This document shows, in pieces, positions 32,074 to 44,360 of a stretch of 64,000 nt of DNA. The translations under genes were made by a program, and so were the position numbers. The DNA lies in assembly GCA_963716255.1 (NCBI GenBank), contig OY970303.1:960001-1024000 (forward strand). Direction: 5' to 3'. Source of the stretch: an uncultured Gemmatimonadales bacterium. GTDB lineage: Bacteria > Gemmatimonadota > Gemmatimonadetes > Longimicrobiales > Longimicrobiaceae. Numbering within the stretch: position 1 is the first letter of the stretch; each line of letters opens with the position of its first letter. The notes under the pieces are model-generated. The model searched no databases, was not told where the DNA came from, and worked only from the letters and a program-made list of their open reading frames with translations.

Positions 32074-34818
32074 TTATCGGGGTGGGGATGCGGGGAGCCA
32101 GAGGGTGAAGCAGGCGCCCCGTCCGGGGGTGCTGCTCACCGTAAGGCCCCCGTCCATCATGCGCGTGAGCATGCGGCTGATGCTCAGGCCAAGGCCCGTT
32201 CCGCCGCCACGGTCGCGGCCGCCGACGTCCTGGACGAACGGTGCGAAGATCATCTCCTGCATCTCCGGGGAGATGCCGATTCCTTCGTCCTCCACGTCCA
32301 GGGCCACCCATGGGCCCGGCCAGGTGGAATCGACACCCTGCGGCGTGGCGGTTTCCGCGCGGCATCGGACGCGGATGTTGCCACCCGGCTCCGAGAACTT
32401 GCAGGCGTTGGACAGCAGGTTGACGAGGACCTGGCGGATCCGGCCGGGATCCCCCCACACGCCCACGTCCGCGCAACCGCCGGTCCCGTCGAAGAGGATG
32501 AGCCCGCGCTTCGCGAGCAGCGACTCGGTGATCTCCAGGGCGTCCAGCGCCACGCGATGAACCGCGACCCGCTCGCGCAGCACGTTCATCTCGCCGGCTT
32601 CCACCTTGGCCAGGTCGAGGACGTCGTTGACCAGCGCCAGAAGGTGCCTGCCGCTTCCCTGGATCCGCTGCACGCGCTCCAGCTGGCCGGCTTCCAGGGA
32701 GCCGCCGATTCCCAGCTCCAGGAGGTCCGCGTAGCCGAGTACCGCGTTGATCGGCGTGCGGATCTCGTGGCTCATGGTGGCGAGGAACTGGCTCTTGAAC
32801 CGGTTCGCGGCCTGTGCCGCCGCGAGAAGCGCCTCGCTCTCGATCTCCACCGCCTTGCGCTCGGTGATGTCCACGCAGGCGCCGGTCATGTAGAGCGGCA
32901 TTCCCTCCGCGTCCAGGTACGTGCGCCCCTTGTCGAGCAGCCAGCGCACGGAGCCGTCCGGCCACACCACGCGGAACTCCTCGTGGAAGCCCACGCCATG
33001 AGAGGCGGCGCGCGCCGCGGCTTCGGCCACCCGGGCACGGTCCCCGGGATGGACGTGCGCGAGAAATTCGTCGACCGTCCGGGGGGTTTCGGACGGGGCG
33101 AGCCCGAAGAGGCGTTCCAGCGCCGTGTCCCATTCGAGCACGCCGCTCCGCATGCCCCAGCGGAACGTCCCCGTGGCGGAGGCGTCGAGCGCGGCCTGAA
33201 GCCGCTCCTCGCTTTCCCTCCGCGCCCGCTCGGCGTCCTTCTGGAGCTGGATGTCGGTACAGGTGCCGAACCAGCGCTCCACCGCCCCGCTCCCGTCGCG
33301 GAGCGGAAGCGCCAGCCACAGGTGCCAGCGGTACTCCCCGTCATGGCGCCGCAGCCGGCACTCCACGGAGAAGGGCTCCACCGCCCGGAGCGAGTGGCGC
33401 CAGGTGCCGAGCGCCTGCTCCCTGTCCTCCGGGTGAAGCACCCCGCTCCACCGGGACGCGTGCGCTTCGTCGCGGGTCTGCCCCGTGTAGTCGAGCCAGC
33501 GCCCGTTGAAGTAGTCGAGGCCGCCGTCCGCCCGGGCGCTCCACACGAGGTGCGGAATCATCTCGGCGAGGAAGCGGAACCGCGCTTCGCTCTCGGCGAG
33601 GCGGCTTTCGGCCAGCTTGCGCGCCCGGATGTCCTCGGCGACCGCGACGAAGCGCCACGGCCTTCCCGCCGGGTCGCGGACCATGGACACGGTCAGCTCC
33701 GCCCAGGTCGTACGGCCGTCCTTGCCCACGTACCGCTTCTCGAGCGAACAGCACTCGATCTCGCCGGCGAGCATCCGCTCCATCAGCCGGGCGTCGGCCG
33801 GAAAGTCGTCGGGGTGGGTCACGTCGCGAAAGCTCACCCCGCGCAGCTCGTCCGGCGGATAGCCCACGATGTCGCAGAACCGCTCGTTGGCCCGCAGGTA
33901 CCGTCCGTCCGTCCCGACCTCCGCGATCCCCACCGCGGCGTGCTGGAAGAGCGCCCGGAAGCCGGCCTCGCCCTCCCCGGCCGCCGACGGGACGACGGAC
34001 CCGACCGGCAGCCGGTCCGGAGCGCCCGCGCCCGTCACGTCGCGCGCCACGCTCAGCAGCCCCACGATCCGCCCCTCCTCGTCGTGCTCGGGGACGAGGA
34101 AGCTCCAGAACCGCCGCTCGCCGTCCGGCGACGGGAAGACGAAGTGGAGCTCCTGCACCTCGTCGGACCGGATCGCCGCCCGCTGCGCCCTCTCCCACTG
34201 CTCGGCGAGGTGCTCCGCCATGCCGAGCTCGCGGTTGGTCCGGCCGAGGAACTCCGCGGCCGCGCGGCCGGTCGCCCGCTCCACCGCCGGGTTGACGTAA
34301 AGGTGGCGTCCCTCCAGGTCGAACCGGGCGACCACGTCCGGGAGGCGGTCGAGCAGGGTGCGCAGCTCCGTGGCGTGGCGCAGCAGCGCCTGCTCGGCCC
34401 GCCGCTGGTCCGTGATGTCGTCCACCACGGCGACGAAGAAGAGAGGCTTCTCCGACAGCTTCTCCCGCACCAGCGTGACGCGAACGTCGGCCCAGACGCT
34501 GGAGCCGTCCTTTCGCACGTAGCGCTTCTCGATGGTGTAGCTGGCCTGTTCGCCCGCCACCGTGCGCAGGGCCTGGTCGAGGTCCGCCGCCAGGTCTTCC
34601 GGGTGCGTCAGCTCCTGGAAGCGAAGCTCCAGGAGCTCCTCGCAGCTGTACCCCAGGATGGAGCACAGGCGCTGGTTCACGCGGAGCCAGCGCCCGTCGG
34701 GTGCCAGATGCGCGATCCCGACCGGCGCCAGCTCGAAGGTGGCCAGGAAGCGCTCCTCGGTCAGCCGGAGCGCTTCCTCCAGGTGCCGGGCCCTCGCTTC
34801 ATCGGGGTGAGTACGCAT
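32074..34818 (-). CDS. Multi-PAS sensor histidine kinase
   Basis: Five PAS/PAC-like repeats, H-box MSHEIRTPIN, NLLSNACKF, DEGIGI, GTGLGLSI. Confidence 0.92.
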   Translation of the reverse strand: MRTHPDEARARHLEEALRLTEERFLATFELAPVGIAHLAPDGRWLRVNQRLCSILGYSCEELLELRFQELTHPEDLAADLDQALRTVAGEQASYTIEKRYVRKDGSSVWADVRVTLVREKLSEKPLFFVAVVDDITDQRRAEQALLRHATELRTLLDRLPDVVARFDLEGRHLYVNPAVERATGRAAAEFLGRTNRELGMAEHLAEQWERAQRAAIRSDEVQELHFVFPSPDGERRFWSFLVPEHDEEGRIVGLLSVARDVTGAGAPDRLPVGSVVPSAAGEGEAGFRALFQHAAVGIAEVGTDGRYLRANERFCDIVGYPPDELRGVSFRDVTHPDDFPADARLMERMLAGEIECCSLEKRYVGKDGRTTWAELTVSMVRDPAGRPWRFVAVAEDIRARKLAESRLAESEARFRFLAEMIPHLVWSARADGGLDYFNGRWLDYTGQTRDEAHASRWSGVLHPEDREQALGTWRHSLRAVEPFSVECRLRRHDGEYRWHLWLALPLRDGSGAVERWFGTCTDIQLQKDAERARRESEERLQAALDASATGTFRWGMRSGVLEWDTALERLFGLAPSETPRTVDEFLAHVHPGDRARVAEAAARAASHGVGFHEEFRVVWPDGSVRWLLDKGRTYLDAEGMPLYMTGACVDITERKAVEIESEALLAAAQAANRFKSQFLATMSHEIRTPINAVLGYADLLELGIGGSLEAGQLERVQRIQGSGRHLLALVNDVLDLAKVEAGEMNVLRERVAVHRVALDALEITESLLAKRGLILFDGTGGCADVGVWGDPGRIRQVLVNLLSNACKFSEPGGNIRVRCRAETATPQGVDSTWPGPWVALDVEDEGIGISPEMQEMIFAPFVQDVGGRDRGGGTGLGLSISRMLTRMMDGGLTVSSTPGRGACFTLWLPASPPR

Positions 34819-34994
34819 GGGAGGACCGGAGGAGGGGAGCGTGCATGGGCAAACACTTGTACAAAGGTATATCCACCGGAGGGCACGGCAAAGAACGTGG
34901 ACACGCCTCCGGTCCGGCAGCGCCTCGCCGTGCGCTGCGCGGGCCCCGCGCGCCGCCCGGCATCGTGCCGGCGTCCGGCGGGGCGCAACGGCAG

Positions 34995-35032
34995 CGACGA
35001 CGCCCCCGCCGGGTGGCGGGGGCGTCGTCGGG
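34995..35032. repeat. 38-bp hairpin, identical to 32001-32038
   Basis: Exact match; probably a terminator/REP-like hairpin. Confidence 0.85.
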
Positions 35033-35062
35033 AGGGCGCCGTGCGGAGGACCGCGCCGCCGG

Positions 35063-35872
35063 CTACCTCAGGTGCTGCTTCACGCGCTCCGCGGTCTGGC
35101 GGTCCATCCCCTGGACGCCGGCGATCTCGTCCACGCCGGCGTGCCGCAGGCTGTACAGCGTCCCGAAGTGGTCCGCGAGCGCGTCCGCCCGGTTCCCCAG
35201 CCCGTCCACCCCCTCCAGCTGGTGCACCAGCCGCTCGCGCTCCAGCTGCCGCCCCACCGCGCCCTGGTCGGACACGTCGTGGCCGTGGCCGCGCAGCTCC
35301 TCCAGCAGCCCCAGCCACTCGCCGTGCCCCCACCCCTGCGGGCGCGAGCGGGCGAACTGGCGCAGGTGGTCGCCCAGGCTGTGCCCGGCCCCGCCCCCCG
35401 CCCCGCCGCCCGCACCACCGCTGGCACCGCCGCCCGCACCCGCGCCGCCGCGCTTCCGGGCTCCCCCGCCGCCGGTGCTCCCGGCTCCGCCGGAGCTCTT
35501 CTTCGCCGCGGCGCCGCCGGACCCTCCGGATCGCTTCTTCGCGGCCCCGCCGCCCGCCGGGCCGCCATCCAGCCCCGGGCTCCCGTCGCCCATCCCCGCG
35601 CCCGTGCCCCCGCCCGCGGACTTCCTGGCCGCGGCGCGCTTCGCGCCCCCCCCGCCGGAGGCGGTGTCGCCGGTGGTCCCGCCGGTGCCGGTGGCCAGCG
35701 CCGCGGCCCGCTTCGCCGCCGGGGTCTTGCCCGCCGACTTCGCCGCGGTCTTCCTGGCGGTGGCGCCGCCCTCCGCTCCGCCGTCGCCGCTGCCCGGGGA
35801 AGCGCCGGAGGCCGCGCGCGCGGCCGCCCCGTCCCTCGCGCCCTTTCCCCTGGTGGATTCGTTCTTCGCCAT
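35063..35872 (-). CDS. Gly/Ala/Lys-rich protein with C-terminal helix-hairpin-helix domain
   Basis: GGAG RBS; low-complexity basic N-terminus; LEGVDGLG...HFGTL...DEIAGVQGM (HhH)2 pattern. Confidence 0.7.
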   Translation of the reverse strand: MAKNESTRGKGARDGAAARAASGASPGSGDGGAEGGATARKTAAKSAGKTPAAKRAAALATGTGGTTGDTASGGGGAKRAAARKSAGGGTGAGMGDGSPGLDGGPAGGGAAKKRSGGSGGAAAKKSSGGAGSTGGGGARKRGGAGAGGGASGGAGGGAGGGAGHSLGDHLRQFARSRPQGWGHGEWLGLLEELRGHGHDVSDQGAVGRQLERERLVHQLEGVDGLGNRADALADHFGTLYSLRHAGVDEIAGVQGMDRQTAERVKQHLR

Positions 35873-35925
35873 GGGTCGGTCTCCCTGGTGGTTGTGGCCG
35901 GCCGGCGCCTCCGGCCGGATCCGGA

Positions 35926-38130
35926 CTACGCTTCCTCGTGCTTCAGGACCAGCAGGCCCAGCGGCGGCAGCACCATCCGCGCCGACTGCGCGCGCCCGTG
36001 CTCGGGGACGGGCTCCGTCTCCACCGCGCCCGCGTTCCCCAGGTTGCTCCCCCCGTACGCCTCCGCGTCGCTGTTCAGCACCTCGGCGTACCGCCCGGGC
36101 CGGGGGAGCCCCACGCGGTAGCCCATGCGGGGGACGGGGGTGAAGTTGCACACGAACACCAGCTCCTCGCCCGGCTCCGTGCCGCGCCGGACGAACGACA
36201 CCACGGAGTTCCGCACGTCGTGGAAGTCGATCCACTCGAACCCCTCGTGCGCGAAGTCCGTTTCCCAGAACGCCTTCTCGCGGGCGTACAGGGCGTTGAG
36301 GTCGCGCACGAAGCGCTGCACCCCGGCGTGCAGCCGGTCGTCCAGCAGGTCCCAGTCCAGGGCGCGCCCCTCGCTCCACTCCCGCCACTGCCCCAGCTCG
36401 CCGCCCATGAAGAGCAGCTTCTTGCCGGGGTGCGCCCACATGTAGCCCAGCGCCAGGCGCAGGTTCGCCAGCTTCTGCCAGGCGTCGCCGGGCATCTTGC
36501 TGGCGAGCGAGCCCTTGCCGTGCACCACCTCGTCGTGCGACAGGGGGAGGACGAAGCGCTCGCTGAAGGCGTACATCAGCGAGAAGGTGACCAGGTTGAA
36601 GTGGAACTGCCGGTACACCGGGTCCTCCTGCGCGAAGCGCAGGAAGTCGTTCATCCACCCCATGTTCCACTTGAGGTGGAAGCCCAGCCCGCCCAGGTGC
36701 GCGGGCTGCGTCACCCCCGGCCAGGCGGTGGATTCCTCCGCGATCATCAGCGTCCCCGGGACGCGCTCGCGCACCGCGGTGTTGAGCTGCTGGAGGAAGG
36801 CGATGGCCTCCAGGTTCTCGCGCCCGCCGTAGCGGTTGGGGACCCACTCGCCCGCCTTGCGGGAGTAGTCCAGGTAGAGCATGGAGGCCACCGCGTCCAC
36901 GCGCAGGCCGTCCACGTGGAACTCCTCCAGCCAGTACAGCGCGTTGGCGACCAGGAAGTTGCGGACCTCGTTGCGCCCGAAGTTGAAGACCATGGTCCCC
37001 CAGTCCGGGTGCTCGCCCTGCCGGGGGTCGGCGTGCTCGTACAGCGGCGTCCCGTCGAAGAGGCGCAGGGCGTGCGCGTCGCGGGGGAAGTGCGCGGGCA
37101 CCCAGTCCAGGATCACCCCGATCCCGCGCTGGTGCAGGTGGTCCACGAAGTAGCGGAAGTCGTCCGGGGTGCCGAAGCGCGCGGTGGGGGCGTAGTAGCC
37201 GGTCACCTGGTAGCCCCAGGAGGGGTCGTACGGGTGCTCGGCCACCGGGAGCAGCTCCACGTGCGTGAACCCCATCTCGGTCACGTAGTCGGCGAGCCGG
37301 TGCGCCACTTCGCGGTAGTCCAGCACGCGGTCGTCCTCGCCGCGCTGCCAGGAGCCCAGGTGCACCTCGTACACGGCCATGGGGCCCTCGCACGGGTTGC
37401 GCTCCGCCCGCGCCAGCATCCACTCGCCGTCCTCCCAGGCCGGGTGGTCCAGCCCGTAGACCACGGAGGCGGTGTCCGGGCGCAGCTCCGCGGCGAAGGC
37501 CATGGGGTCGGCCTTGAGCAGCAGCTCGCCGGAGGGGGCGCGGATCTCGTACTTGTAGACGGTGCCGCGCTCCACGCCGGGGAGGAAGATCTCCCACACG
37601 CCGGAGCCCGGGTGGCTGCGCATGACGTGGCGCCCCCCGTCCCACCCGTTGAAGGCGCCCACCACGCTCACCCGGCGCGCGTTGGGCGCCCACACGGCGA
37701 AGCGCGTCCCGCGGACCCCGTCCATCTCGCAGGGGTGCGCCCCCAGCACGGAGTACATGCGGTAGTGGGTCCCCTGCCCCAGCAGGTACAGGTCGAAGTC
37801 CGTGACCGTGGAGCCGAACGCGTACGGGTCGGCCGCCTCGGCCTGCGCGCCGTCCTCCGCCTCGGTGCGCAGCCGGTAGGGGAAGGACTCCGCGCCGCGC
37901 GGGAGGAGGACTTCGAAGAAGCCCGCCGGGTGCGCCCGCTCCATGGGGAGCGCTTCCCCCGTCTCCGCGTGCACCGCCGCCGCCCGCGCCGCGCCGGGGA
38001 GGAAGGCGCGCACCACCACCCGGACCTCGCCCCCCACCGAGACCCGGTGGGGCCCCAGCACCCGGAAGGGGTCCGGGTGGTCGCCCTGGACGACCAGGCT
38101 CACGTCGTGCTCCAGCGTAACCGGGACCAT
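35926..38130 (-). CDS. glgB: 1,4-alpha-glucan branching enzyme
   Basis: [54 protein letters not shown]. Confidence 0.97.
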   Translation of the reverse strand: MVPVTLEHDVSLVVQGDHPDPFRVLGPHRVSVGGEVRVVVRAFLPGAARAAAVHAETGEALPMERAHPAGFFEVLLPRGAESFPYRLRTEAEDGAQAEAADPYAFGSTVTDFDLYLLGQGTHYRMYSVLGAHPCEMDGVRGTRFAVWAPNARRVSVVGAFNGWDGGRHVMRSHPGSGVWEIFLPGVERGTVYKYEIRAPSGELLLKADPMAFAAELRPDTASVVYGLDHPAWEDGEWMLARAERNPCEGPMAVYEVHLGSWQRGEDDRVLDYREVAHRLADYVTEMGFTHVELLPVAEHPYDPSWGYQVTGYYAPTARFGTPDDFRYFVDHLHQRGIGVILDWVPAHFPRDAHALRLFDGTPLYEHADPRQGEHPDWGTMVFNFGRNEVRNFLVANALYWLEEFHVDGLRVDAVASMLYLDYSRKAGEWVPNRYGGRENLEAIAFLQQLNTAVRERVPGTLMIAEESTAWPGVTQPAHLGGLGFHLKWNMGWMNDFLRFAQEDPVYRQFHFNLVTFSLMYAFSERFVLPLSHDEVVHGKGSLASKMPGDAWQKLANLRLALGYMWAHPGKKLLFMGGELGQWREWSEGRALDWDLLDDRLHAGVQRFVRDLNALYAREKAFWETDFAHEGFEWIDFHDVRNSVVSFVRRGTEPGEELVFVCNFTPVPRMGYRVGLPRPGRYAEVLNSDAEAYGGSNLGNAGAVETEPVPEHGRAQSARMVLPPLGLLVLKHEEA

Positions 38131-38302
38131 CTGCCTCTGTAGTTTTCTGTCCAGTTCGGTTGCCCGCGTGCCGCTCCCCATGCGAGGTGCGTGCCGGAAC
38201 GGCGAGGGAACAGGGAATCGGGTTCCTCCGGTGCAGGCGCAGCGTGCAGCGCCACGGGGAACAGCCTGCCAGTGCACCGTACTCCGGCTCCCGACGCCTA
38301 CT

Positions 38303-39064
38303 TCAGCCCTCCGCTTCCAGGCGCGACGCGGCGGCCTCGTCCAGGATCCAGACCGGCTCCCCGGAGGCGGGGCGGACGAGCTGCGCCGGGATGCGCAGCG
38401 GGTCCAGCGCGCCCCGGAGCACGGCGCGCACCCGGGCCGCCTTGTCTGCGCCGGTGACCAGGAACTCCACGCGGGACGCGGCGTCCAGCGTCGGCGGCGT
38501 GAGCGTCACGCGCGGCTCGCCGTCGTGCAGCGCGGGCGCGGCGGGGCGAACCCGCTCCAGCAGCGCCGGGGCAAACGGAAAGAGCGAGGCGGTGTGCCCG
38601 TCGGCACCCATCCCCAGGTGCACCAGGTCCAGGCGGGGCGGGCCGCCGCCCCACGCCTCGGCCAGCTCGCGCGCGTACGCGTCGGCGGCGCGCGCGGCGC
38701 CCAGCTCCCCGCGCACCCGGTGCACGCCGCCCGCGGCGACGGGCACGCGCGACAGCAGCGCCTCCCGCGCCATGCGGAAGTTGCTCCGCGGGTGCCCCGG
38801 GGGGACGCAGCGCTCGTCCCCCCACCAGAACTGCACCCGTTGCCACGGCACGGCCGCGGCGAAGGGCTCCGCGGCCAGCAGCGCGTACGCGCGGCGCGGG
38901 GTGCTCCCCCCGGCGAGCGCCACCGCGAAGCGCCCCCGCGCCTCCACCGCCTCGCGCGCCGCGGCCGCGAAGCGCTCCGCGCACAGCCGCGCGGCGGCGG
39001 CCGCGTCCGCGCACACCAGCGCGCGCCCCCGCCCGGCAAAACGCAGCTCGCGCGGCGCGGTCAC
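38303..39064 (-). CDS. pgl: 6-phosphogluconolactonase
   Basis: [40 protein letters not shown]. Confidence 0.93.
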   Translation of the reverse strand: MTAPRELRFAGRGRALVCADAAAAARLCAERFAAAAREAVEARGRFAVALAGGSTPRRAYALLAAEPFAAAVPWQRVQFWWGDERCVPPGHPRSNFRMAREALLSRVPVAAGGVHRVRGELGAARAADAYARELAEAWGGGPPRLDLVHLGMGADGHTASLFPFAPALLERVRPAAPALHDGEPRVTLTPPTLDAASRVEFLVTGADKAARVRAVLRGALDPLRIPAQLVRPASGEPVWILDEAAASRLEAEG

Positions 39065-39240
39065 CGGGGCCTCACGACGGCCCCCACCCGGCGGCCTTAG
39101 AGCCGCCACCCTCCCCCAATTCTGGGGGAGGGCTTCCCGACCCTCGACTGCCCGCGTGTCGCAGCCGGTCTCCCCCTCTCCCGCTTGCGGGGGAGGGGGC
39201 CGGGGGGAGGGGGCCCCCCGCGGACGCCAGCGCGATGCCC

Positions 39241-39368
39241 GCGTGAGGGATTTCGGCCCGAAGGGGCGAGACCCCGCGGCAGTTTGCGGGGGCTCGACTC
39301 CGTTGAGCAGCGTTGTTTGCTGCTCTACGGAGCCGAAGCCCGACCCCGGCGCAGCCGGGGGCACGCCC
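39241..39368 (-). repeat. ~130-bp multi-hairpin repeat, copy 7
   Basis: Central stem GAGCAGC/GCTGCTC. Confidence 0.9.
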
Positions 39369-39397
39369 GACCCCGCAGTGACGAGCAGTTCCGGACG

Positions 39398-40941
39398 TCA
39401 CGGCTGATGCCAGCTCCGCCCCGGCCCCAGCAGCCGGTCCGCGCCCTCGGGCCCCCAGCTCCCAGCCGGGTACGGCTCGGGGCTGCCGGCACGCTCCCAC
39501 TCCTCCAGGATGGGCGTCGCCAGCGTCCACGCGGCCTCCACCTCGTCGCGCCGGGCGAACAGGGTGGCGTCGCCCAGCATGGCGTCCAGCAGGAGGCGCT
39601 GGTACGCCTCGGGCGACTCGGCGCCGGGAAAGGCGCTGCGGTAGTCGAAGTCCATGCTCACCGGCTGGAGCCGCCCCAGCAGCCCCGGTACCTTGGCCTC
39701 GAAGAACAGCGAGATCCCCTCGCGCGGCTGGATGCGCAGCACCAGCGCGTCCGGCGCCGGCATCTCGTTGTCCACCAGGTCCATCACGGGGTTGGGCGCG
39801 GGGCGGAACTGGATCACCACCTCGCTCGCCTTGGAGGGGAGCCGCTTGCCGGTGCGCAGGAAGAAGGGGACGTCGGCCCAGCGCCAGTTGTCCACCCAGA
39901 TCCTCAGCGCCGCGAAGGTCTCGGTCCGCGAGTCCGGGGCGACCCCCTCCTCCCCCAGGTAGCCGGGGACCTCTTCGCCGTCGAGCAGGCCGGCGGCGTA
40001 CCGGCCGCGCACGGTCTCGCGGAGCACGTCCTCGCCGCGGATGGGGCGCACGGAGCGCAGCACCTTGACCTTCTCGTTGCGGATGGAGTCGGCGTCGTAC
40101 GAGGCGGGCGGCTCCATGGCCACCAGCGTGAGCACCTGCAGCAGGTGGCTCTGCACCATGTCGCGGAACGCCCCGCTCCGCTCGTAGTAGTCGGCGCGGC
40201 GCTCCACCCCCACCGTCTCGGCCACGGTGATCTGCACGCTGTCCACGTGGGCGCGGCTCCACAGCGGCTCCCACACCGTGTTGCCGAAGCGGAAGACCAT
40301 CAGGTTCTGGAGCGTTTCCTTGCCCAGGTAGTGGTCGATGCGGAACACCTGCCGCTCGTCGAACACCTCCAGAAGCGTGCGGTTGAGCTCCCGCGCGGAT
40401 TCCAGGTCGCGCCCGAAGGGCTTTTCCACGATGATGCGGGTCCAGCAGGGGCACCCCGGCGCGCACACCAGCCCCGCCCGCCCCAGGTCGGCGGTGATGT
40501 TGCGGAGCACCTGCGGGGGAACGGCGAGGTAGAAGAGGCGGTTTCCCGGCAGCCCCAGCCCGCGCTCCACCTCCTCCAGCTGGCTCTTGAGCCGGTCGAA
40601 CCCCTCGGCGTCGTCGAACACCTCGCTGCCGAAGAACAGGCGCGGCGCGAACGCGGCCCACTCCTCCTCCGCGGGGGCCGTGGCGAACTCCGCCAGGGCG
40701 GCGCGCATCAGCTCGCGGTAGGCGTCGTCCGTGAACTGCTCGCGCGCCACCCCCACGATGGCGAAGCTCTCGGGGAGGAGGTCGTGCTGCCAGAGGCGGA
40801 AGAGCGCCGGGAGGAGCTTGCGCCGCGCGAGGTCGCCCGTCCCCCCGAAGATCACCAGGGTGACGGGCTCGGGGGTGCGCGGGGTGGAAAGGGTCTTCCG
40901 GAGCGGGCTGCGCGCCGGCGCCTGGACGACGTGGACCGTGC

Positions 40942-40945
<4 letters not shown>
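39398..40945 (-). CDS. zwf: Glucose-6-phosphate 1-dehydrogenase
   Basis: IFGGTGDLARRKL, EKPFG, RIDHYLGKE, DMVQSHL, LRTGK; probable TTG start overlapping the gnd stop. Confidence 0.97.
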
Positions 40946-41874
<929 letters not shown>

Positions 41875-41978
41875 CGCGCGCCTCCGCATGGCTGTTCCGT
41901 CGCCTGTACAGATCCCGCGCGGGTGATGCAAGTTGGATTCCGATTGGTGCGGAAGGAGCTGCATGAAAGCGAGGATCC

Positions 41979-42111
41979 GGGCGTGCCCCCGGCTGGCGCC
42001 GGGGTCGGGCTTCGGCTCAGTAGGGCTGCAAACGACGCAGCCCAACGGAGTCGAGCCCCGGCGGAAACAGCCCCGCCGGGTCTCGCCCCTCCGGGCCGGA
42101 ATCCCTCACGC
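41979..42111 (+). repeat. ~130-bp multi-hairpin repeat, copy 8
   Basis: Central stem GGGCTGC/GCAGCCC, loop AAACGAC. Confidence 0.9.
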
Positions 42112-42240
42112 GACGGCGGCCCCCTCCCCCCGGCCCCCTCCCCCGCAAGCGGGAGAGGGGGAGAACGACGTGCCCCCGCCGGGATCTCCCGACGGGGGCG
42201 CCATCACCTACTGCGTACCGCCGTTCACTTTCGCACGTCC

Positions 42241-42720
42241 CTACCCCTTCGCCATCGCCCGGAACCGCCCCACCTGCTCCCGGTCGCCCACCACCATCAG
42301 CGTGTCGCCCGCCTCGACCACGGCCGACGGGTCCGGGTTGGGGCGGGCGTCGCCGCCGCGGAGGATGGCGATGATGCTGGCGCCGGTGCGCCCGCGGACC
42401 TCCGACTCGCGGATGCTGCGCCCGGCGAGCGGCGAATCCGCCTCCACCCTGAACCACTCCACCGAGAGCTGGCCCAGCACCATCTCCATGGACTCCGCCA
42501 CCGGCGGCTGGAAGTAGGCGCCGCCCAGGATCGCGCCCAGCTTGCGGGCCTCGGCGTCGTTCAGGCGGACGGAGTGGAAGGGAAAGTCCTCCCCGCCGCG
42601 GAAGTGGTAGACCTCGCGGTCGCCCGAGTTGTGGATGATCACCGTCATCCGGTCGCCCTCGGCCGTGGTGAGGGCGAACTTCTTCCCCACGCCGGGGAGA
42701 TCGTGCTCACGAACCTGCAT
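42241..42720 (-). CDS. khtT: K+/H+ antiporter regulatory subunit (TrkA-C/RCK_C)
   Basis: DLPGVGKKF, EARKLGAILGG, RGRTGASIIAI, GDTLMVVG. Confidence 0.85.
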   Translation of the reverse strand: MQVREHDLPGVGKKFALTTAEGDRMTVIIHNSGDREVYHFRGGEDFPFHSVRLNDAEARKLGAILGGAYFQPPVAESMEMVLGQLSVEWFRVEADSPLAGRSIRESEVRGRTGASIIAILRGGDARPNPDPSAVVEAGDTLMVVGDREQVGRFRAMAKG

Positions 42721-42761
42721 GGGACCGTCCTTCCGTCGGGAGGGAAAAGGAAAAGGGGACC

Positions 42762-43976
42762 TCACGGGGCACCCCGCCTGAACGGCGCCGCCGCCACCCG
42801 CGCCGCGGCGAAGACGCCCCGGTGCACCCGCTGCGACTCCTTGGTGAGCAGCGGCCCGATGATCGCGAGGGTGAGCACGTAGAGCGCGGCGAACGGCTGC
42901 AGCACCGGGAGGAGCCCGCCGGCCTCGGCGAGGCTCGCCACCACGATGGAGAACTCGCCGCGCGACACGATGGTCAGCCCCACGTTGGACGACGCCGCCG
43001 GCGACAGCCCCGCCGCGCGCCCCGCCAGCAGCCCCGCCGCGTAGTTGCCGGCCAGCGTGAGCAGCACGGCCCCCAGCGCCAGCTTCCACGCGCCGCCCAG
43101 GGCGAACGGGTCGATGCTGAGGCCGAAGCTGAAGAAGAACAGCGCGCCGAAGAAGTCGCGGAAGGGGATGACCAGGTGCTCGATGCGCTCCCGGTGCTCC
43201 GTCTCCGCGAGCACCAGCCCCAGCAGCAGCGCGCCGATGGCCTCCGCCACGTGCACGGTCTCCGCGAAGCCCGCCACCAGCAGCAGCGCCGCCGCCACCA
43301 CCAGCAGGAACACCTCGCTGGAGCCGATGCGCAGCCGCCGGTTCAGGAACGGCACCGCCAGCCGCCCCAGGACGAGCACCCCGGCCATGAAGGCGAAGGC
43401 CCCCGCCGCCGAGAGCGCGACCCCGCCCAGCGAGGTGGCGCCGCTCAGCACCAGCCCCGACACCACCGACAGGTAGACGGCGAGGAACACGTCCTCGAAC
43501 ATGATGATCCCCAGGATCATCTCCGTCTCGGGGTGCGCCGTGCGCCGCAGGTCCACCAGCACCTTTGCGACGATGGCGCTGGAGGAGATGGTGGTGATCC
43601 CCGCCGCCACCAGCACCTCGCGCATGGGCCACCCCTGGAGCGCGGCGTACGCCAGCCCCAGGGTGAAGTTGATGCCGATGTAGAGCGTTCCGCCCACGGC
43701 GATGGAGCGCCCCGAGCGGACCAGCCGCCCCACCGAAAACTCCAGCCCCAGGTAGAACAGCAGGAAGAGCACGCCCAGCCGCCCCATGAAGGCGATCAGC
43801 GGCTCGCTCTCGATGAAGCGGAAGTCGAGCAGCCACACCCGCGGGGCGTGCGGGCCCACGGCCATGCCGGCCAGGATGAGGAAGGGGACGGTGGAGAAGC
43901 GCAGCCGCCACGCCAGCAGCGCGGCCCCCGCGATCAGCGCCAGCGCCAGCCCGGCCTCGAGTACGATGTGATCCAT
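42762..43976 (-). CDS. khtU: Cation:proton antiporter (CPA2, KhtU-like)
   Basis: LLFYLGLEFS, ISSSAIVAK, FEDVFLA, PFRDFF, SRGEFS; about 12 TM helices; adjacent to khtT. Confidence 0.85.
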   Translation of the reverse strand: MDHIVLEAGLALALIAGAALLAWRLRFSTVPFLILAGMAVGPHAPRVWLLDFRFIESEPLIAFMGRLGVLFLLFYLGLEFSVGRLVRSGRSIAVGGTLYIGINFTLGLAYAALQGWPMREVLVAAGITTISSSAIVAKVLVDLRRTAHPETEMILGIIMFEDVFLAVYLSVVSGLVLSGATSLGGVALSAAGAFAFMAGVLVLGRLAVPFLNRRLRIGSSEVFLLVVAAALLLVAGFAETVHVAEAIGALLLGLVLAETEHRERIEHLVIPFRDFFGALFFFSFGLSIDPFALGGAWKLALGAVLLTLAGNYAAGLLAGRAAGLSPAASSNVGLTIVSRGEFSIVVASLAEAGGLLPVLQPFAALYVLTLAIIGPLLTKESQRVHRGVFAAARVAAAPFRRGAP

Positions 43977-44000
43977 GGATGTCCGCCGTGCGGGCGCCGG

Positions 44001-44234
44001 CTAGCGGCGGCCCGTCCCGCGCGGGGACGCCGGGGCGTCGCCGGACGCGCCGGCTTCGGGCTCGCCACCGGGCCCGCCCGGCGGCGCGGCCGGAGACCGG
44101 CTCCCCAGCCAGATGACCCAGACGAACAGCAGGCCGACCGCCACCGCCACGACGGTCCCGGCGGTGGGCAGGGCGGCGGCGAGCGCGACGGACGCCGGGC
44201 CGCCCGGCGGGGGCGGCGTGAGGACGAGATGCAT
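44001..44234 (-). CDS. Small single-TM hypothetical protein
   Basis: GGGAG RBS; hydrophobic VVAVAVGLLFVWVIWLG. Confidence 0.45.
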   Translation of the reverse strand: MHLVLTPPPPGGPASVALAAALPTAGTVVAVAVGLLFVWVIWLGSRSPAAPPGGPGGEPEAGASGDAPASPRGTGRR

Positions 44235-44360
44235 GAGGCTCCCTCCGGGAGATGGGTTCGCGTGGACCCGCCGCGCCCCGCGCATCCCCGCCCGGAAAGG
44301 GCGCGGAGCGCGAGCCGCACGGCGCGTCGTGAGCGCGGCCGCACGGGCCGCGGACGTGTC

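Noticed and set aside
31852..38142. Very long ORFs on the opposite strand or in alternative frames (2096 aa here; also 456-4370, 12796-16365, 42822-45020 and others)
   Set aside because: Shadow ORFs caused by stop-codon scarcity in >70% GC DNA; Arg/Pro/Gly-rich with no motifs, overlapping well-supported genes.
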